39,531 nucleotides of DNA from NCBI GenBank assembly GCA_032718475.1, contig JAUCBJ010001716.1:1-39531 (forward strand), read 5' to 3'. Below, in pieces: positions 21,304 through 32,972 of the stretch. The stretch comes from Nemertoderma westbladi (taxonomy: Eukaryota; Animalia; Xenacoelomorpha). The notes under the pieces were generated by a model. That model saw only the letters and a list, made by a program, of their open reading frames with translations. It made no database searches and had not been told where the DNA came from. The translations under genes and the position numbers were made by a program. Position 1 is the first letter of the stretch. Every line of letters begins with the position of its first letter.

Positions 21304-22255
21304 TGAGTTGAGTGCTAGTGGATCTGCGTTATTTATTAAACAATAACTAATTTAGTGTGTGGGCGATAATAAATTAAAAATATTAAAATTACCTCACGGG
21401 TTCCTTTCAACTGGAGTTTCTGCTAGTAACCTAAGCTCTTTCTTCAATAAGTTCTCGTTTTTGTTATTGAATACAATCCTACTAGATGTCCAGTGAGTTG
21501 CAGTTATTTATTTAACACACAAATTTACCAGATCAAATTACCTACTAAACTATTTAATAAATGTCAGTAAATTACGGAAAATAAATGCCAATAAAGACAA
21601 ATATCACTGGATTGAAGATTCTGTATGTTGTACCAACTCAGCGCCGATCCTTACTGAGTTCCGTGATTCGGGACCTTCCATATGCTGAGGACGGAATATT
21701 TCGGTGAGTTTTAATCCTCTAACTAAGGAAGCACCAAGGAAATCCACGTCGCTACAAAAAATTTATATGTTCGAAAAACTTTGTAAGGCAATTGAATGGA
21801 TTGATATTACCGCAGATATTTATTGTATCCAAGTGTTCTATAATATCGCGTGTTATACAGTATGTTGTATTTGTTGTGCATATATGCAATTTTTTATTTG
21901 TCCTTTAATTGATACACAAAATGGATATATAAAATAATAATTATCGATACTATCTTTCTTATCTTTATTTTCCCCTTTTATAAATCTTTATCATATGGTT
22001 AATGTTGGCTGATGTAAATATTGCACTTGAATTTTTGGTGAAAATTTAGTATTAGTAGTACCCTGTAATTCGTAGGCAGATAAGGTTATATTTACCTATA
22101 AAGTAGATCATTAAACATAAACAAGTTCGATTGTCCAGAGTACTTAGTAATGTTTAGATAAAAGTTGTGACAACTTCTACTATTTAAATTGTTAGTTTGT
22201 TGGAGTTATTATAATATATGTTTGTATGAAGTTTATGGTTTAAGAAGATGTCAAT

Positions 22256-25054
22256 ATGGAAAGTGAACCCCTAACATCGGATGATGAGCACCTAATAGTT
22301 ATAATCCATGAAATGGCCGGTTTAGAGACACAAAATAACTCAATCATTCCCACGTCCCAATCAGTTGGTTCCCAGGCAACCATTAACCAATCAGTTGACC
22401 GACCAACCCCGTCCATGCAACTCTACTCCGGCACGGGATTGGATATTGGTTCTGTGACGTCAGCGTCCGCCCCATCCCCGGGGGTCATTCAGCACACATC
22501 TACTGCGGCGCGGACCCAGCGACCCCTCCAACCGATGCTACCCAGGTCGTTGCTAACCGGACCCAAAGCGAAACCCAAGCGGACGAGAAGCGTATCGGAT
22601 ACGCCTCTATCGGAGAACGATTTACCGGCTTCCCACGCGACGAGCGCCTTTCCCAACCTGGTTGCCATGCAACCCGGTTACCAACCGTTAACTTTCGTCC
22701 CCTCGTTACCCGCTTGGTTACAAAATCCGCCGCTTGGTGGCGTCGTCCCCGATCCAAAGTCCGGTTCGGTTATCGTCAAGCACGGCGGCTCCCTATTGGC
22801 TACCGCTTGTGATTCAACCAATCCAGCTGTGCAGGGATTGGGGAGCGCTTACACCGCAGGTAACCAATCACTGCCCTGTATAATCGCTCCCAAACGGGCG
22901 TCCATCCACTCCGAAGCGCTGACTCACCAACAGCTGTTGATACAGACAGTTCCGCACCTGAGTGACCCCCCCGTATTGGCTGCAGATGACATGGAACCCG
23001 CCACCGCGGGCGCGGTGAAATCAGCAGGTGTGGTGGGACCAGCTGGTGCGGTGGGACCAGGCGGTACGATGGGGCCAGCTGGTGTGGGGGGACCAGCTGG
23101 TGCGATGGAACCAGGCGGTACGATGGGGCCAGCTGGTGTGGGGGGACCAGCTGGTGCGATGGGACCAGGCGGTACGATGGGACCAGGCGGTACGATGGGA
23201 CCAGGCGGTACGATGGGACCAGCTACTATTATAACAAATAGTAAATCGCATATTCCACCACAAATAGTCAAGATGGAGGTTGAATTGGAACCAGAAACAT
23301 CAACCCCAATTAGTTCCATCGCTTATAACCACGTGAGGACTAATCCAGCTAGGGGCCGGTTATCAGACGCGACAGTGATGTCAGGTGGCCTAATACAGCA
23401 GGAAGTATTACCTAACCTGGGACAGGAGGCCCTGGCCGATAGACTGATGGGGATGGGGAGTCAATTGGGGGCTGTTGATGTAGGGTCTAGTGACAAAGTG
23501 GTAAATAGATCAACTGTTTCCCAACCATCAGCGGTGGATGTGACGCCCACCTCCAAATATGTGACTACATTCATACAACCAGTGGCACCCTACCCCCAAC
23601 CAGTGGCGCCCTACTCCCAACTGGTGGTTCCCACCCCACTCCCTCAGGCTCCCGCCCCACTCGGTGACTTCCATTCACCCGGTCACTCAACTGCCAGTAA
23701 ACCCTCCAGAGACCCCGTATCCACCTCCCACCCCGAACCAGTTCTGTACTCCCCTCCGGGTCTCAACGGATTGCAAACTGAAGTAGAAGTAGCTGGTAGG
23801 GAGGGGGTGTCCCCTGGGGAGTCAGTACCCACAGAATCGGCTAAACCAGCTGCTAAATCGAGACGAAAGAACCTCCAAGGGTCCGTCAACTGGGACGACC
23901 AGCAAGGAAACTTTCAGTTTCAGTCAAAGAAGTTTACTGAGGCCATTCCACCGCTGGCTCCCCTTAGCGACCATTCTGTGTACACGTATAATCCGTTGTC
24001 CCCACGGAAACAACGTCAGGCGGCGCGACGCATATCAAAAGCGTCATCAGAGCGTAACGATAGCAACGACCAATCGCAATCCGTCGTTACTCCAACCGAT
24101 ACTCAGTTTATCCAACCAATGGAAATGCAGCCCATTAGCAGCATCGTGCAGTCCCAGTTGGGTGTCACAGAACCATTGGCTGAGGTCGACCTAACTCAAT
24201 CGACCAATCAGCTGCCATACAGCGGGGACCTCTCGGCTGTGGTTGTCTCCGAGGATGAACCCCGCAGTAGCGACGCGAGTAAACGAATCCGCGTTGAGGT
24301 CGACTCACTACCTCCGACTATCAGTAAACCCCTGTCCCCCTACGCGTTGTTCTTCAAAGACATGCAGCCGACTATTAAGGACCAATCACCGAACGCCACG
24401 TTCGGAGACGTCTCTAAGCTGGTCGCAAACCTCTGGGAGAATCTTAGCGCGGCCCGGAAGCAGGAATATAAACGACGAACGGATATCGCCAAGGCGGAAT
24501 ATCTGCAGATGTTGGCAGAAACCGGTGTTTCTAACAGTAGTGGAGCGCAGAGCTCGAGTTATACCGGAAGTGACGCCACTCAGAGTCACCAGTATGACGT
24601 CATTAGTGACTTTAGCACTGTCTACCAATCGGACGGGTCGCAAGGGAATAAATTACAGACACCGGAAGTTCCGACTACTCCCGGTAAATCCATACTGAAA
24701 CCGTCGTCCAATAGAAACTCCGTTACTATAGCGACTAGACCTCCGCCGCCGCCTCCCAAGACAGTCCGTAAACCGGTGATTGGGTTGTCCGGTCGGCCGG
24801 TGTTGGCGTCTGGGAGGGGCGCACCGCCGGTGCTGCCGGATAAACGAGCGGTGACCCCGCCACCGGTGCCGGTTATGTGTATCTGCGTTGGTTGCGAGAA
24901 GGAGGCGGTGGAGGACTCGTATTGGGACAACGAGTACTGCAGTCCCCAGTGCGTAGTGGACCACTGCAGGTGGACCTTCCAACGGTGGGTCACTGAGACG
25001 GCTGGCCAACCCGCCGCTCCGCTTGTGTCTAATAACGCCACAACTTCCGCTTGA
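22256..25054 (+). CDS. TOX4: TOX-family HMG-box protein (TOX4-like), single long coding exon
   Basis: TOX-type HMG box [57 protein letters not shown] and TOX4-type C-terminal Cys motif C..GC......WDNEYCS..CVV.HCR..F..WV. AATAAA lies immediately after the stop. Small upstream exons are possible (GTAAGT/GTGAGT donors near 20122, 20325, 21704). Confidence 0.9.
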   Translation: MESEPLTSDDEHLIVIIHEMAGLETQNNSIIPTSQSVGSQATINQSVDRPTPSMQLYSGTGLDIGSVTSASAPSPGVIQHTSTAARTQRPLQPMLPRSLLTGPKAKPKRTRSVSDTPLSENDLPASHATSAFPNLVAMQPGYQPLTFVPSLPAWLQNPPLGGVVPDPKSGSVIVKHGGSLLATACDSTNPAVQGLGSAYTAGNQSLPCIIAPKRASIHSEALTHQQLLIQTVPHLSDPPVLAADDMEPATAGAVKSAGVVGPAGAVGPGGTMGPAGVGGPAGAMEPGGTMGPAGVGGPAGAMGPGGTMGPGGTMGPGGTMGPATIITNSKSHIPPQIVKMEVELEPETSTPISSIAYNHVRTNPARGRLSDATVMSGGLIQQEVLPNLGQEALADRLMGMGSQLGAVDVGSSDKVVNRSTVSQPSAVDVTPTSKYVTTFIQPVAPYPQPVAPYSQLVVPTPLPQAPAPLGDFHSPGHSTASKPSRDPVSTSHPEPVLYSPPGLNGLQTEVEVAGREGVSPGESVPTESAKPAAKSRRKNLQGSVNWDDQQGNFQFQSKKFTEAIPPLAPLSDHSVYTYNPLSPRKQRQAARRISKASSERNDSNDQSQSVVTPTDTQFIQPMEMQPISSIVQSQLGVTEPLAEVDLTQSTNQLPYSGDLSAVVVSEDEPRSSDASKRIRVEVDSLPPTISKPLSPYALFFKDMQPTIKDQSPNATFGDVSKLVANLWENLSAARKQEYKRRTDIAKAEYLQMLAETGVSNSSGAQSSSYTGSDATQSHQYDVISDFSTVYQSDGSQGNKLQTPEVPTTPGKSILKPSSNRNSVTIATRPPPPPPKTVRKPVIGLSGRPVLASGRGAPPVLPDKRAVTPPPVPVMCICVGCEKEAVEDSYWDNEYCSPQCVVDHCRWTFQRWVTETAGQPAAPLVSNNATTSA
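23027..23224 (+). repeat. Coding 18-bp-unit minisatellite inside TOX, encoding a Gly-X-Y run
   Basis: GGACCAGCTGGTGCGATG / GGACCAGGCGGTACGATG-type units give 22 triplets, 21 of which start with Gly. Confidence 0.9.
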
Positions 25055-25957
25055 ACCAATAAAACCCTCCATAAGTTGATAAGTAATCGTTCTATATAAT
25101 AACTCATCAGTCCGTCAGGGTTTGTATTGTATAATGTTTGTAGGATTACAACACAACGGTGTTGTAAAGAACTTTTGCGCCCCGATATTTAGGTAATTAT
25201 TAATGATATTCCACAATTGAAATATTTACTGCACTTTACTTACTTTCGACGAAGATGTAATGTTTTTTACGTACTGCTGTTCCGATTCCGAGTGGTTCGT
25301 TAGACGAATTAATGAACGTAGTGAGTGATTGAAAATAAAGCCACACCACAAGGATCAGAACAGGGTGGTACACATTACTTAGCAATAATCCAATAAGTAC
25401 ATATAGTTTTATTCCAAAATTTATTGTAACCTGAAAAACCTTTCCCTGAAAAACTGCTTACAGGTATCAAATTGTTGTTGTTAATAAAAAGTGTACCATT
25501 TTTGGAGGAATTTCTAATAAGAGGAATAAAGTACATTTATTGTATTTGCTTCATCCTTTTTCCGTTTCTATTAAATTTAATTATAAACTACATTAAAACC
25601 ATCGGGATCGAAGTAGGTGAAAATGTTTCAATGTGGAATAAAACATTGTCGCACGGGGAAGTAAAAAAAGTAGCGATATACGGAACTATTTCCAACCCTA
25701 ACCGCCAGTTTTTATTATATACTGTAGTTACTATACTGTAGTAGCATTTTTAGTGAAATCTTAATTCCGCCTCCGGCCGTTAGGGGGAAGCTATAACTTT
25801 TCTTCAAATTTTCCTATATAGGCTACAGTATTTGGCCTTCCATACAGTGGTTGGCCATGACGAAATAGCAATATTATCATTTAACACTAAATGACAGCCA
25901 TTTAAAAAATGGTTCATGGGGGGTATACCCCCCTTGACGTAGCCTTGGACTCCTTAA

Positions 25958-26232
25958 GCCCCGTTCACATCCAACGGTGCATGAGCGGTGAAGTAGTCTG
26001 GCGGTATTGAAGCGGTAAGCCAGCGGTACACTACCCGGAGCCCGTTCACACCCAACGGTACCGTTGCGGTAACTGATTGTCTATCTGTCGACTGTAAATT
26101 CAACAAGAAATTACATTAATTGTTTTAACATTGTTTAAATGGGCTGCGGTAAACCGCGCGGTTTACCGCACAACTGCCTGTTGGGTCGTTCACAGCCGCG
26201 CGGTGTACCGTTCCGTTGGATGTGAACGGGCC
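25958..26232. mobile_element. PIF/Harbinger (Tourist)-like MITE
   Basis: TIR GCCCCGTTCACATCCAACGG / CCGTTGGATGTGAACGGGCC with TTAA on both flanks. Contains an internal third copy of the TIR core (~26041) and GCGGT repeats. A lone similar end (TAAGGCCGCGTTCACAT) occurs at ~14893. Confidence 0.8.
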
Positions 26233-26973
26233 TTAACCAATATAGATAATGTAGTAGAATCAATTTAAATTGAATTTATTTAATTAAATTGAATTTAAAT
26301 ATAACTTGAATAACAATTACAAATAATTACTATTTCAAAAATTCTTATTATGGTATTACTTGGTCCGAATAAATTAATTGTTATTTCCCTGCGCGAAGGT
26401 TATTGTTATATTTACTGTTATTGAGTGGGACGGCGCGATTACTTTAGGTTTATGTTTTAGTTTAGAGAATTCAGTCTATTGTTTACTGTAGTAGTAAACA
26501 ATATCTGTAAAAACCCCCGTTCCAAAAACTATTATTATATAAAAATGTATTACACGGCGAATAAACATTATTTACCACCTTGTGTTGCTTCCGGTGTTGG
26601 AATTATGTCATTATTATTTAATTTACACTTTTTTAAATAGGAACCTAGAGTTAAAAATAATCTATTTCGTCACCGTATTGTCTAATTTAGGCCTATATTT
26701 GTACCCAATTTTATTTTAAAACACAAATTTTACAAAGGGAATCACAAACGCGAACCCGTTTATTATTAGATTAGAATCAAAATCCGATAAATTTAATTAA
26801 AAAGATGTTGAGTTTTGGAATAATCCAACGATTTATTCAATATAATATCTCAATGCTAATTTGTTTCGCTTGAGATAAAATTATTGCCTTTCCCTTATTT
26901 TTAAAAAGGTGTAAAATTGAATTGAATGTGGAATCATAGGGATTATTATTATGCTGCAGTAGACACTATATTT

Positions 26974-27376
26974 TAGTGTTGCAACGGGATCGGGATCCAC
27001 AATTTTCGGGATCGGGATTGCAACCGTCGGTATCGGGATTTATCTGCCCTGCCCTCTTTGTAGGATTACAAATAACTTTTGAGAAATCTCATGTACTAAA
27101 AAATGGTTTAAATGGTTCACAGACGTAGTAGTTTATTTCCCATATAAATTCAGATTCAGAAATCAGTTATAAATCATCCAATGGAAATCCATTAAAGATT
27201 TTTAATTTTACTGTAAAATTTTTGCACGTATGTATTATGTAGTTTACCGAAGGTAGGATATACTGTATCACTGTACGTGTAGAGCCTACAGTAGTTGTAA
27301 AATCAAATCCCGAAAAATCCCGATAATTTTCCATCGGGATCCCGATTTTCGGGATCGGGATCCCGTTGCGACACTA
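26974..27376. mobile_element. hAT-like MITE
   Basis: TIR TAGTGTTGCAACGGGATC / GATCCCGTTGCGACACTA, subterminal CGGGAT repeats, and flanking direct repeat CACTATATTT (26964-26973, 27377-27386). Confidence 0.85.
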
Positions 27377-28451
27377 CACTATATTTGCCCAATTATGTTG
27401 TTAGTGAACTTTTGACAATATGTTTTCACTTTAAAATAACAAATCGATAATAAGACATTAAAACTCTATTGTCTGATTGTACACGATTAAATGCTTAGTT
27501 TTGAATTATTATTATGGTGGGCTTGAGCTATGGGGAAGGAAAAGAGGGGTGGGGGGGGGGGGGGGGGGGTGTTGTAGGGTGATGGGAGATCTTACAGAAC
27601 TATTAAGGCATTTACAAAACAACTTTTGATGAGAAGCCGTAAAATGACAAAACTTAGTTGTTCAAAAAATTAAGACTTGTAAAAATACGTGACACATACA
27701 ATGTACCCTAAGCCTCTATATACAGTATGCAGTATACATCTGACCGTTGATTATTAATCTGTTGATTTAATGTTGAATTAAATTGTGTTTTCTACAATAT
27801 TCCTGAACCCTAATTTTATTGTTCTGGTTCCTTAACCAGCCTCTGCTCTGTAAGCTGTACCCTACATCCTTACTAACCTGCCTACACTACAAATAGGGAT
27901 AGCATTTACCCCTGTTAGTTGGTGTTGTGGGAAGGTAACGTTGCAAGGATTCCAAATCTGTATCAATACTGAATTTTGTTAGAAAATTGCTAAGACTTTA
28001 TTGACAGTAACGATGTTTTGACAAGCTGTCTCTATTTTTATTTTTATTGTTTATATTCATTCTGTCATTGATAGACTTTGCTTTGCATTTCTTTCACTTT
28101 TGAGTTTAACTATTCGGCTTACTACTAAAATGTTGTCTCTGTCCGAATGTGCATAAAATACAGTGTTGTTCTTGTGACCCTGTTGCTTTACTGTACTGTG
28201 CTACTCTGTAACTACAGAACTACAGCACTAGCACTACTAACCAGCTAACTGTACTACTGCATACTGTACTACAGCTGTACAGTACACAGTACTATCGGTT
28301 CACGGTTTACACTTTACAGTACTACCGGTACATACTGACAGTACGGTAGTTTACAAATTTAGGCGGTTAGGCCTACGTTCAGACGTTCTTTTTATTTCGT
28401 ATTTTGAATTTCACTAGTCAGAAACTGCAAAATTAACATTACAATTTGCCA

Positions 28452-28979
28452 ATGCTCACTGGCAATGCAGGCCGACCCAAGTTCCACACTACTACGTCTC
28501 AACGACGCCCTCCCGCTATCGGCGGCCTAGTGGACATAACCGCGAGCCAGCGACTTGCACCCGCCGGACCCGTCACTATCTACCAAGGCGACCCGCCCTC
28601 CCCCGCCAATCTATCCCCCGCTAAACCCGGACAGCCGACCCTGGACGGGGGAGTGATGGCGACGGGATCCCGGGGCTTCATACCCGGGTCCCATGAGTCC
28701 CCCAAGTCCGATGAGTTCACCGCGAAGCACCGACAGCGCTCGAACCGAGGTCACACCGCTCCCACCAACCCACCAATCAGCAAACAGCATTCGGAGTGCG
28801 TCAACTGTCTGTATGAGATGTGGCAGACAGCGTTGACAGCACATGCAGACCCTCCGGATATGTACCTAGACAAGTCGCCGTCACCCGGACCTCCACACCT
28901 GCGTAACTTTAAATCATTCGATTTGGAGGAGTGGTGGGGCCAGCAGCAGCTTCCTCCCAGTCTGAGAGAGGAAAGTTGA
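28452..28979 (+). CDS. MCRIP: MAPK-regulated corepressor-interacting protein family (MCRIP/FAM195), single-exon CDS
   Basis: C-terminal FAM195 signature HSECVNCLYEMWQ ... Y ... PHLRNFKSFDLEEWWGQQ (compare human HEENVRF..EAWQ ... PRLQNFVPIDLDEWWAQQ), with an N-terminal G.PK.....RR.P. The first ATG is at 28452 (the track start at 28446 is TTG). 175 aa. Confidence 0.85.
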   Translation: MLTGNAGRPKFHTTTSQRRPPAIGGLVDITASQRLAPAGPVTIYQGDPPSPANLSPAKPGQPTLDGGVMATGSRGFIPGSHESPKSDEFTAKHRQRSNRGHTAPTNPPISKQHSECVNCLYEMWQTALTAHADPPDMYLDKSPSPGPPHLRNFKSFDLEEWWGQQQLPPSLREES

Positions 28980-29915
28980 ACACAAACAACTCCAACACAG
29001 TCAAAATCCACCGTTGTCATCCTTATTTAATTTAGTCTGACCGATATACATCCTCACTTACACACAATATACCGAGAGTGCTGTATGTTCTCCTTCACTA
29101 GTTATAGTTCATATCTGTTGCGTTTTAATAGGTTTAACATTGTCAACAACATGGTCCATGATGGTAGTTGCATTAAAAATGTATCCCCATTCCCATTATA
29201 AATTAATTTTGTTAAATTACCGGCATATCAACTTAATTAGCGTTATAGTTAAACACTCGCAACGCCGTATAGTATCACTGCAGGTAAGCAATATACTTTT
29301 TGTACGCATATTGAGTATTTACATTTGTCATAGAATGGGCGACAGACAGCCACTTTATGCTAAATGTAAGATTGTTTACCATGCAGTTGTTTTACTAACT
29401 GCAATTAAAATAATGCATAAATGGATACGAAAATTTTACTGGAAAATTTGCGTGACATACTTTATGAACGCCCCCCTATTCCATCATATTTGAATATTAG
29501 AGTGATGAATTTAGCTTTCGATACCCCGATACAATAGTAGTCATAATGTTTCAAAATTACGTACGACGTACTTTATTGTATGAAAAAGGCGCTATTTAGC
29601 GATCATGATCCTTTTATATTTTATATTTTTTAAATTTTATATTTATGTATACCCTCCCTTGGTCGGTACATAATATAAAGATAAACTAGGATTGTAAAAA
29701 TTGCGATATGTCACACAATAATGTTTTTAAACATTATTTAAACAACTTAGTTAGTTTTCAAGAGATCTAAAAGAGCGACCAAATTAGTTTTGCAAGTAAC
29801 AGAGATCGTGTTACAACCGTAACACTGTAATATCATTAATCACGACGGTCCTTACTTGTTGAAAAGTCTTAAAATTTTCTTTAACTTTTTCACCGTTATT
29901 CTTTTGAATAATGAA

Positions 29916-30413
29916 TAGGGATGTGAGTTTTCCGGAAATATGTTTTTTCAATGAAATTTCCGAAAATCTCCGGAAAAGTATACTTCACCAGTAGTTTCTC
30001 TACCACAAGAGCAAAGACAACGAACAACCTCAACACAACTAAGCAGGAATCACTTGTTTCTAGTATTTACTACTTGTGTTTTACTATTGTTTTAGAATGG
30101 TTTTAATCTGGCAATATAGCAGGAGGTATTAAATTGTGAAAGAGTTAAATTTGAAAATATTTAATTTCCGAAATTTATTCAATATAAAACATCTAGGTAA
30201 TAATGAAATTGACAAAACACAAAGTCACAATCACAATTTCTGTTTAAATCGTATTATTACTGTTTTATGCAATTATTATTAGGCTATGATTATTTCTGTA
30301 AATATTTACTATTACAAGTAAAATTTAACTTTATTTATAATAATTTAATAAAATATGAAATTTCCGGGAAAATGTCTAGGGAAGTTCCTTACATTTCCTG
30401 ACTCACACCCCTA
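29916..30413. mobile_element. hAT-family MITE
   Basis: TIR TAGGGATGTGAGT / ACTCACACCCCTA (1 mismatch), subterminal TTTCCGGAAA motifs, and a perfect 8-bp TSD ATAATGAA (29908-29915, 30414-30421). Confidence 0.9.
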
Positions 30414-31165
30414 ATAATGAATAATTTAATAACTAAATAAATATTAAAATGTTGATTTTTATTCAACACTAGGAATTATACGAAATAGTTGCATTTTACT
30501 CGAACTCGACTACTTTTAAATACACTGTAAAAATGTCATGACCGCCTTATATAATATATGGTTAGTTATGACAATTTGTGAGACTAGAGATAATGGGGTA
30601 GACGACTCGGAAATTTTTTTTCGAGTTTTCGTTGGTTTCATGTGAAAGAGCATGTGAAAAATCAATTTTACTTAAAAAAAATTAATATTGGCAGAGTTAT
30701 AGCGATTTTAAAACGCAAAATTAGCAACATCGAAAAATCGGGCCGTTTCAGAAAACTGCACTAGTGACGTCACTAGTGCAGCAGTAAATGTTCATTGGTT
30801 ACTATACAATATAAATCTCTTAGTAACTAAAATAAGTTGTGTAGCTAATATTTATTTAGTGTGTTTTTGTGTTGTGTTAAGAATACATTATTTGATATCT
30901 TAATGTGGAAATTGAATCATAACAAGTTACCGGTAATTATTCCAGAATAATAATTATTTATCCCAAACTATACAGTTGTTAGCTATAAAAATAAAACATA
31001 TTTTGTAGCTAAAACTGCCAGGTGGTAGAAATCCAGTAGCTTATTGATGTTTCATTAAGCTTCAAAACTTAGGTTACTTTGAATTAGATTGTGGATTCGC
31101 ACTTTTTCGATTGCAATTATTTTTATACTAGTTTAAATTATTGAATTCCAATTGATAGTCGATAG

Positions 31166-31249
31166 TTAGTCCCGGTAGCTGTAATGGATGACATCTTAAA
31201 AATATCTTCAGCTGCCATCTCAATACAATCAGCATTAATCAGAATTTAG
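31166..31249 (+). pseudogene. C-terminal remnant of a Harbinger/ISL2EU-type DDE transposase
   Basis: LVPVAVMDDILKISSAAISIQSALIRI* resembles the typical ..LDDIV.VC.AL.NLQPPLI* ending. Upstream sequence is interrupted by stops. Confidence 0.4.
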
Positions 31250-31284
31250 TTGAACTATAACTATAATTTACATTTTTTAATTAT

Positions 31285-31610
31285 CTATTTTTTCACAATT
31301 TTGGGAAATATATATTCCTTCCAGAAGCTACTACTACGTTTAAGTAAACTTTGCATGTATATGGAATCATATGATACTTCAACTATTTTCACTTCGCCAT
31401 TTATTTCAAAAGATGGATCTGCGACGCAAAACAAGGCCCATTGTTTATTGCAAAGATGCATTTGAAGTTGGATTTGTGACATGAATTTAGCGCTTACGAT
31501 ATTCGATTGTGTAAGATAAGATTTTTGAATGGCATGTTTTGATGTTGGACATTTTACTTCTACCACATGCGTTGGTGTAATGGCATCTGAAATGGCATCA
31601 AAAAATAAGA
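31285..31610 (-). pseudogene. YqaJ/lambda-exonuclease-like (PD-(D/E)xK) domain, C-terminal portion
   Basis: ISDAI....VVEVKCP (degenerate SPDG...EIKCP), SQIQLQMHLC....ALFCV, and F(W)KEYIFP. The N-terminal half is absent from this frame. Confidence 0.8.
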
Positions 31611-32447
31611 TTTTGTGGTATTTTATAAAAACACTAGCTACAATATGAAAACAGTACATACCATTGAAAACACTAGCTACCACAAACATTTGTTTTTATT
31701 TTCTTTAAAACATTTTTTTTCACATGTAACTAGCCAAAATTTGTCAAGAACATAAACCTATAGCCCAAAACATTATGTTTTGGTATTTTTTGGTATTTTG
31801 ATATTTTTGGATGTCAAACCAAAAACAGCTATTATGAAAGGCAGAATAATGGTGACACGGGCAACACTAGTACCAGTAACACTTTACAGTGAACTGACAA
31901 AAAATCTAAATAATTTCCATCTAGTGCTAATCTACCCATCCCGCATTGTTCGCTGTAAAAACAATAAAAAAATAGATTAATGAAACGCCTGGAAGTATTT
32001 AGCTAGCTATATTTATTTTTAGCTACACCCATCATTATGTCTAAACAGAAAGTTAAAGTAAAATTAGGTGCGGCATATTCGTTCAGCCTCAGCATGATGT
32101 ACAGTTACCACTGGTACCATCATTTGCATTGACCATTTTTAAAATTCAAAGACTCACATTTCAATAGGTAATAATTGGTGACTGGTGTGCAGGATCGAAA
32201 TGGAGTGGATTCAATGGGCAGGGTGCCTATGTAGCTCTCTCAATCTCTCAAGGGTTACAAAACTTTCAGGACTGTACTTATTATCAGCATTGGATGCCAA
32301 TATTGTGAAACAATTTAAGCCAACCAGTGATCAAACAGCAGAAATTGAAATGTTACAGAAACTCTAATGATCTCTGTTTCGAGATCAGTGCATACATATT
32401 AGATGTCATATTGGTAACAATATTATACTGTATATAATATAACATGT

Positions 32448-32972
32448 ATATTTCAACCAATAGGGTTGTTGACTCAAATAATACATTTTTTCTCGAAATG
32501 CTTTTAAATAACGTAAAAAATGTAAGGGCACTGATCACAAATCTGTTTTTAATTTCACCATATTAGCGGATTTAGAGCAAAATATAGTTAGCTCGAGTGG
32601 GAATGTTGCTCAAACGGTTCGTTTTAGAAATGTTGATCAGTTCAACTTTCGTTGCTAGGCAGTAACAAGTAATAAGGCTAGTAATATAGTGTATTAGCTA
32701 GCTATATACATACATACACTATACAATGTTTATGCGTTGTCTAGCAACAAAAGTGGTACAGTAAATCAGAGCGTTTAAACATGGTTTTCCTGCGCGGGTA
32801 TCTAAACCTCTCTATCTCAGTCGGAACACGATCAAATTAAAAACGAGGAATTCAACCCCCCTACCCCAAGCTGAAATTAAAATCGGTTTTCAGATTTGTG
32901 ATCAGCATACCTTTTTACTTTTTATGAACTTGTTTATAGAACAAATATTTCACCAACCCTATTGTGAATCTA
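32448..32972. repeat. Degenerate inverted-repeat element
   Basis: CAATAGGGTTG (~32458) pairs with CAACCCTATTG (~32954), and CTGATCACAAATCTG (~32531) pairs with CAGATTTGTGATCAG (~32891). Confidence 0.5.

Larger units (their letters stand above)
30596..31700. mobile_element. Decayed, internally deleted DNA transposon, ISL2EU-like (KolobokE not excluded)
   Basis: Candidate terminus AT|GGGGTAGACGAC at 30596. A + strand remnant resembling a DDE_Tnp_4 C-terminus (31166-31249) lies tail-to-tail with a - strand YqaJ exonuclease remnant. The right terminus was not found and the extent is approximate. Confidence 0.55.

Noticed and set aside
22924-23319. Antisense collagen-like ORF ([12 protein letters not shown]) and other overlapping ORFs in TOX
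   Set aside because: These are shadows of the GC-rich coding repeat on the opposite strand or other frames, with no independent signal.
31285-31689. Prophage or endogenous virus on the basis of the YqaJ domain
   Set aside because: No other viral genes are present; the context fits a eukaryotic DNA transposon.
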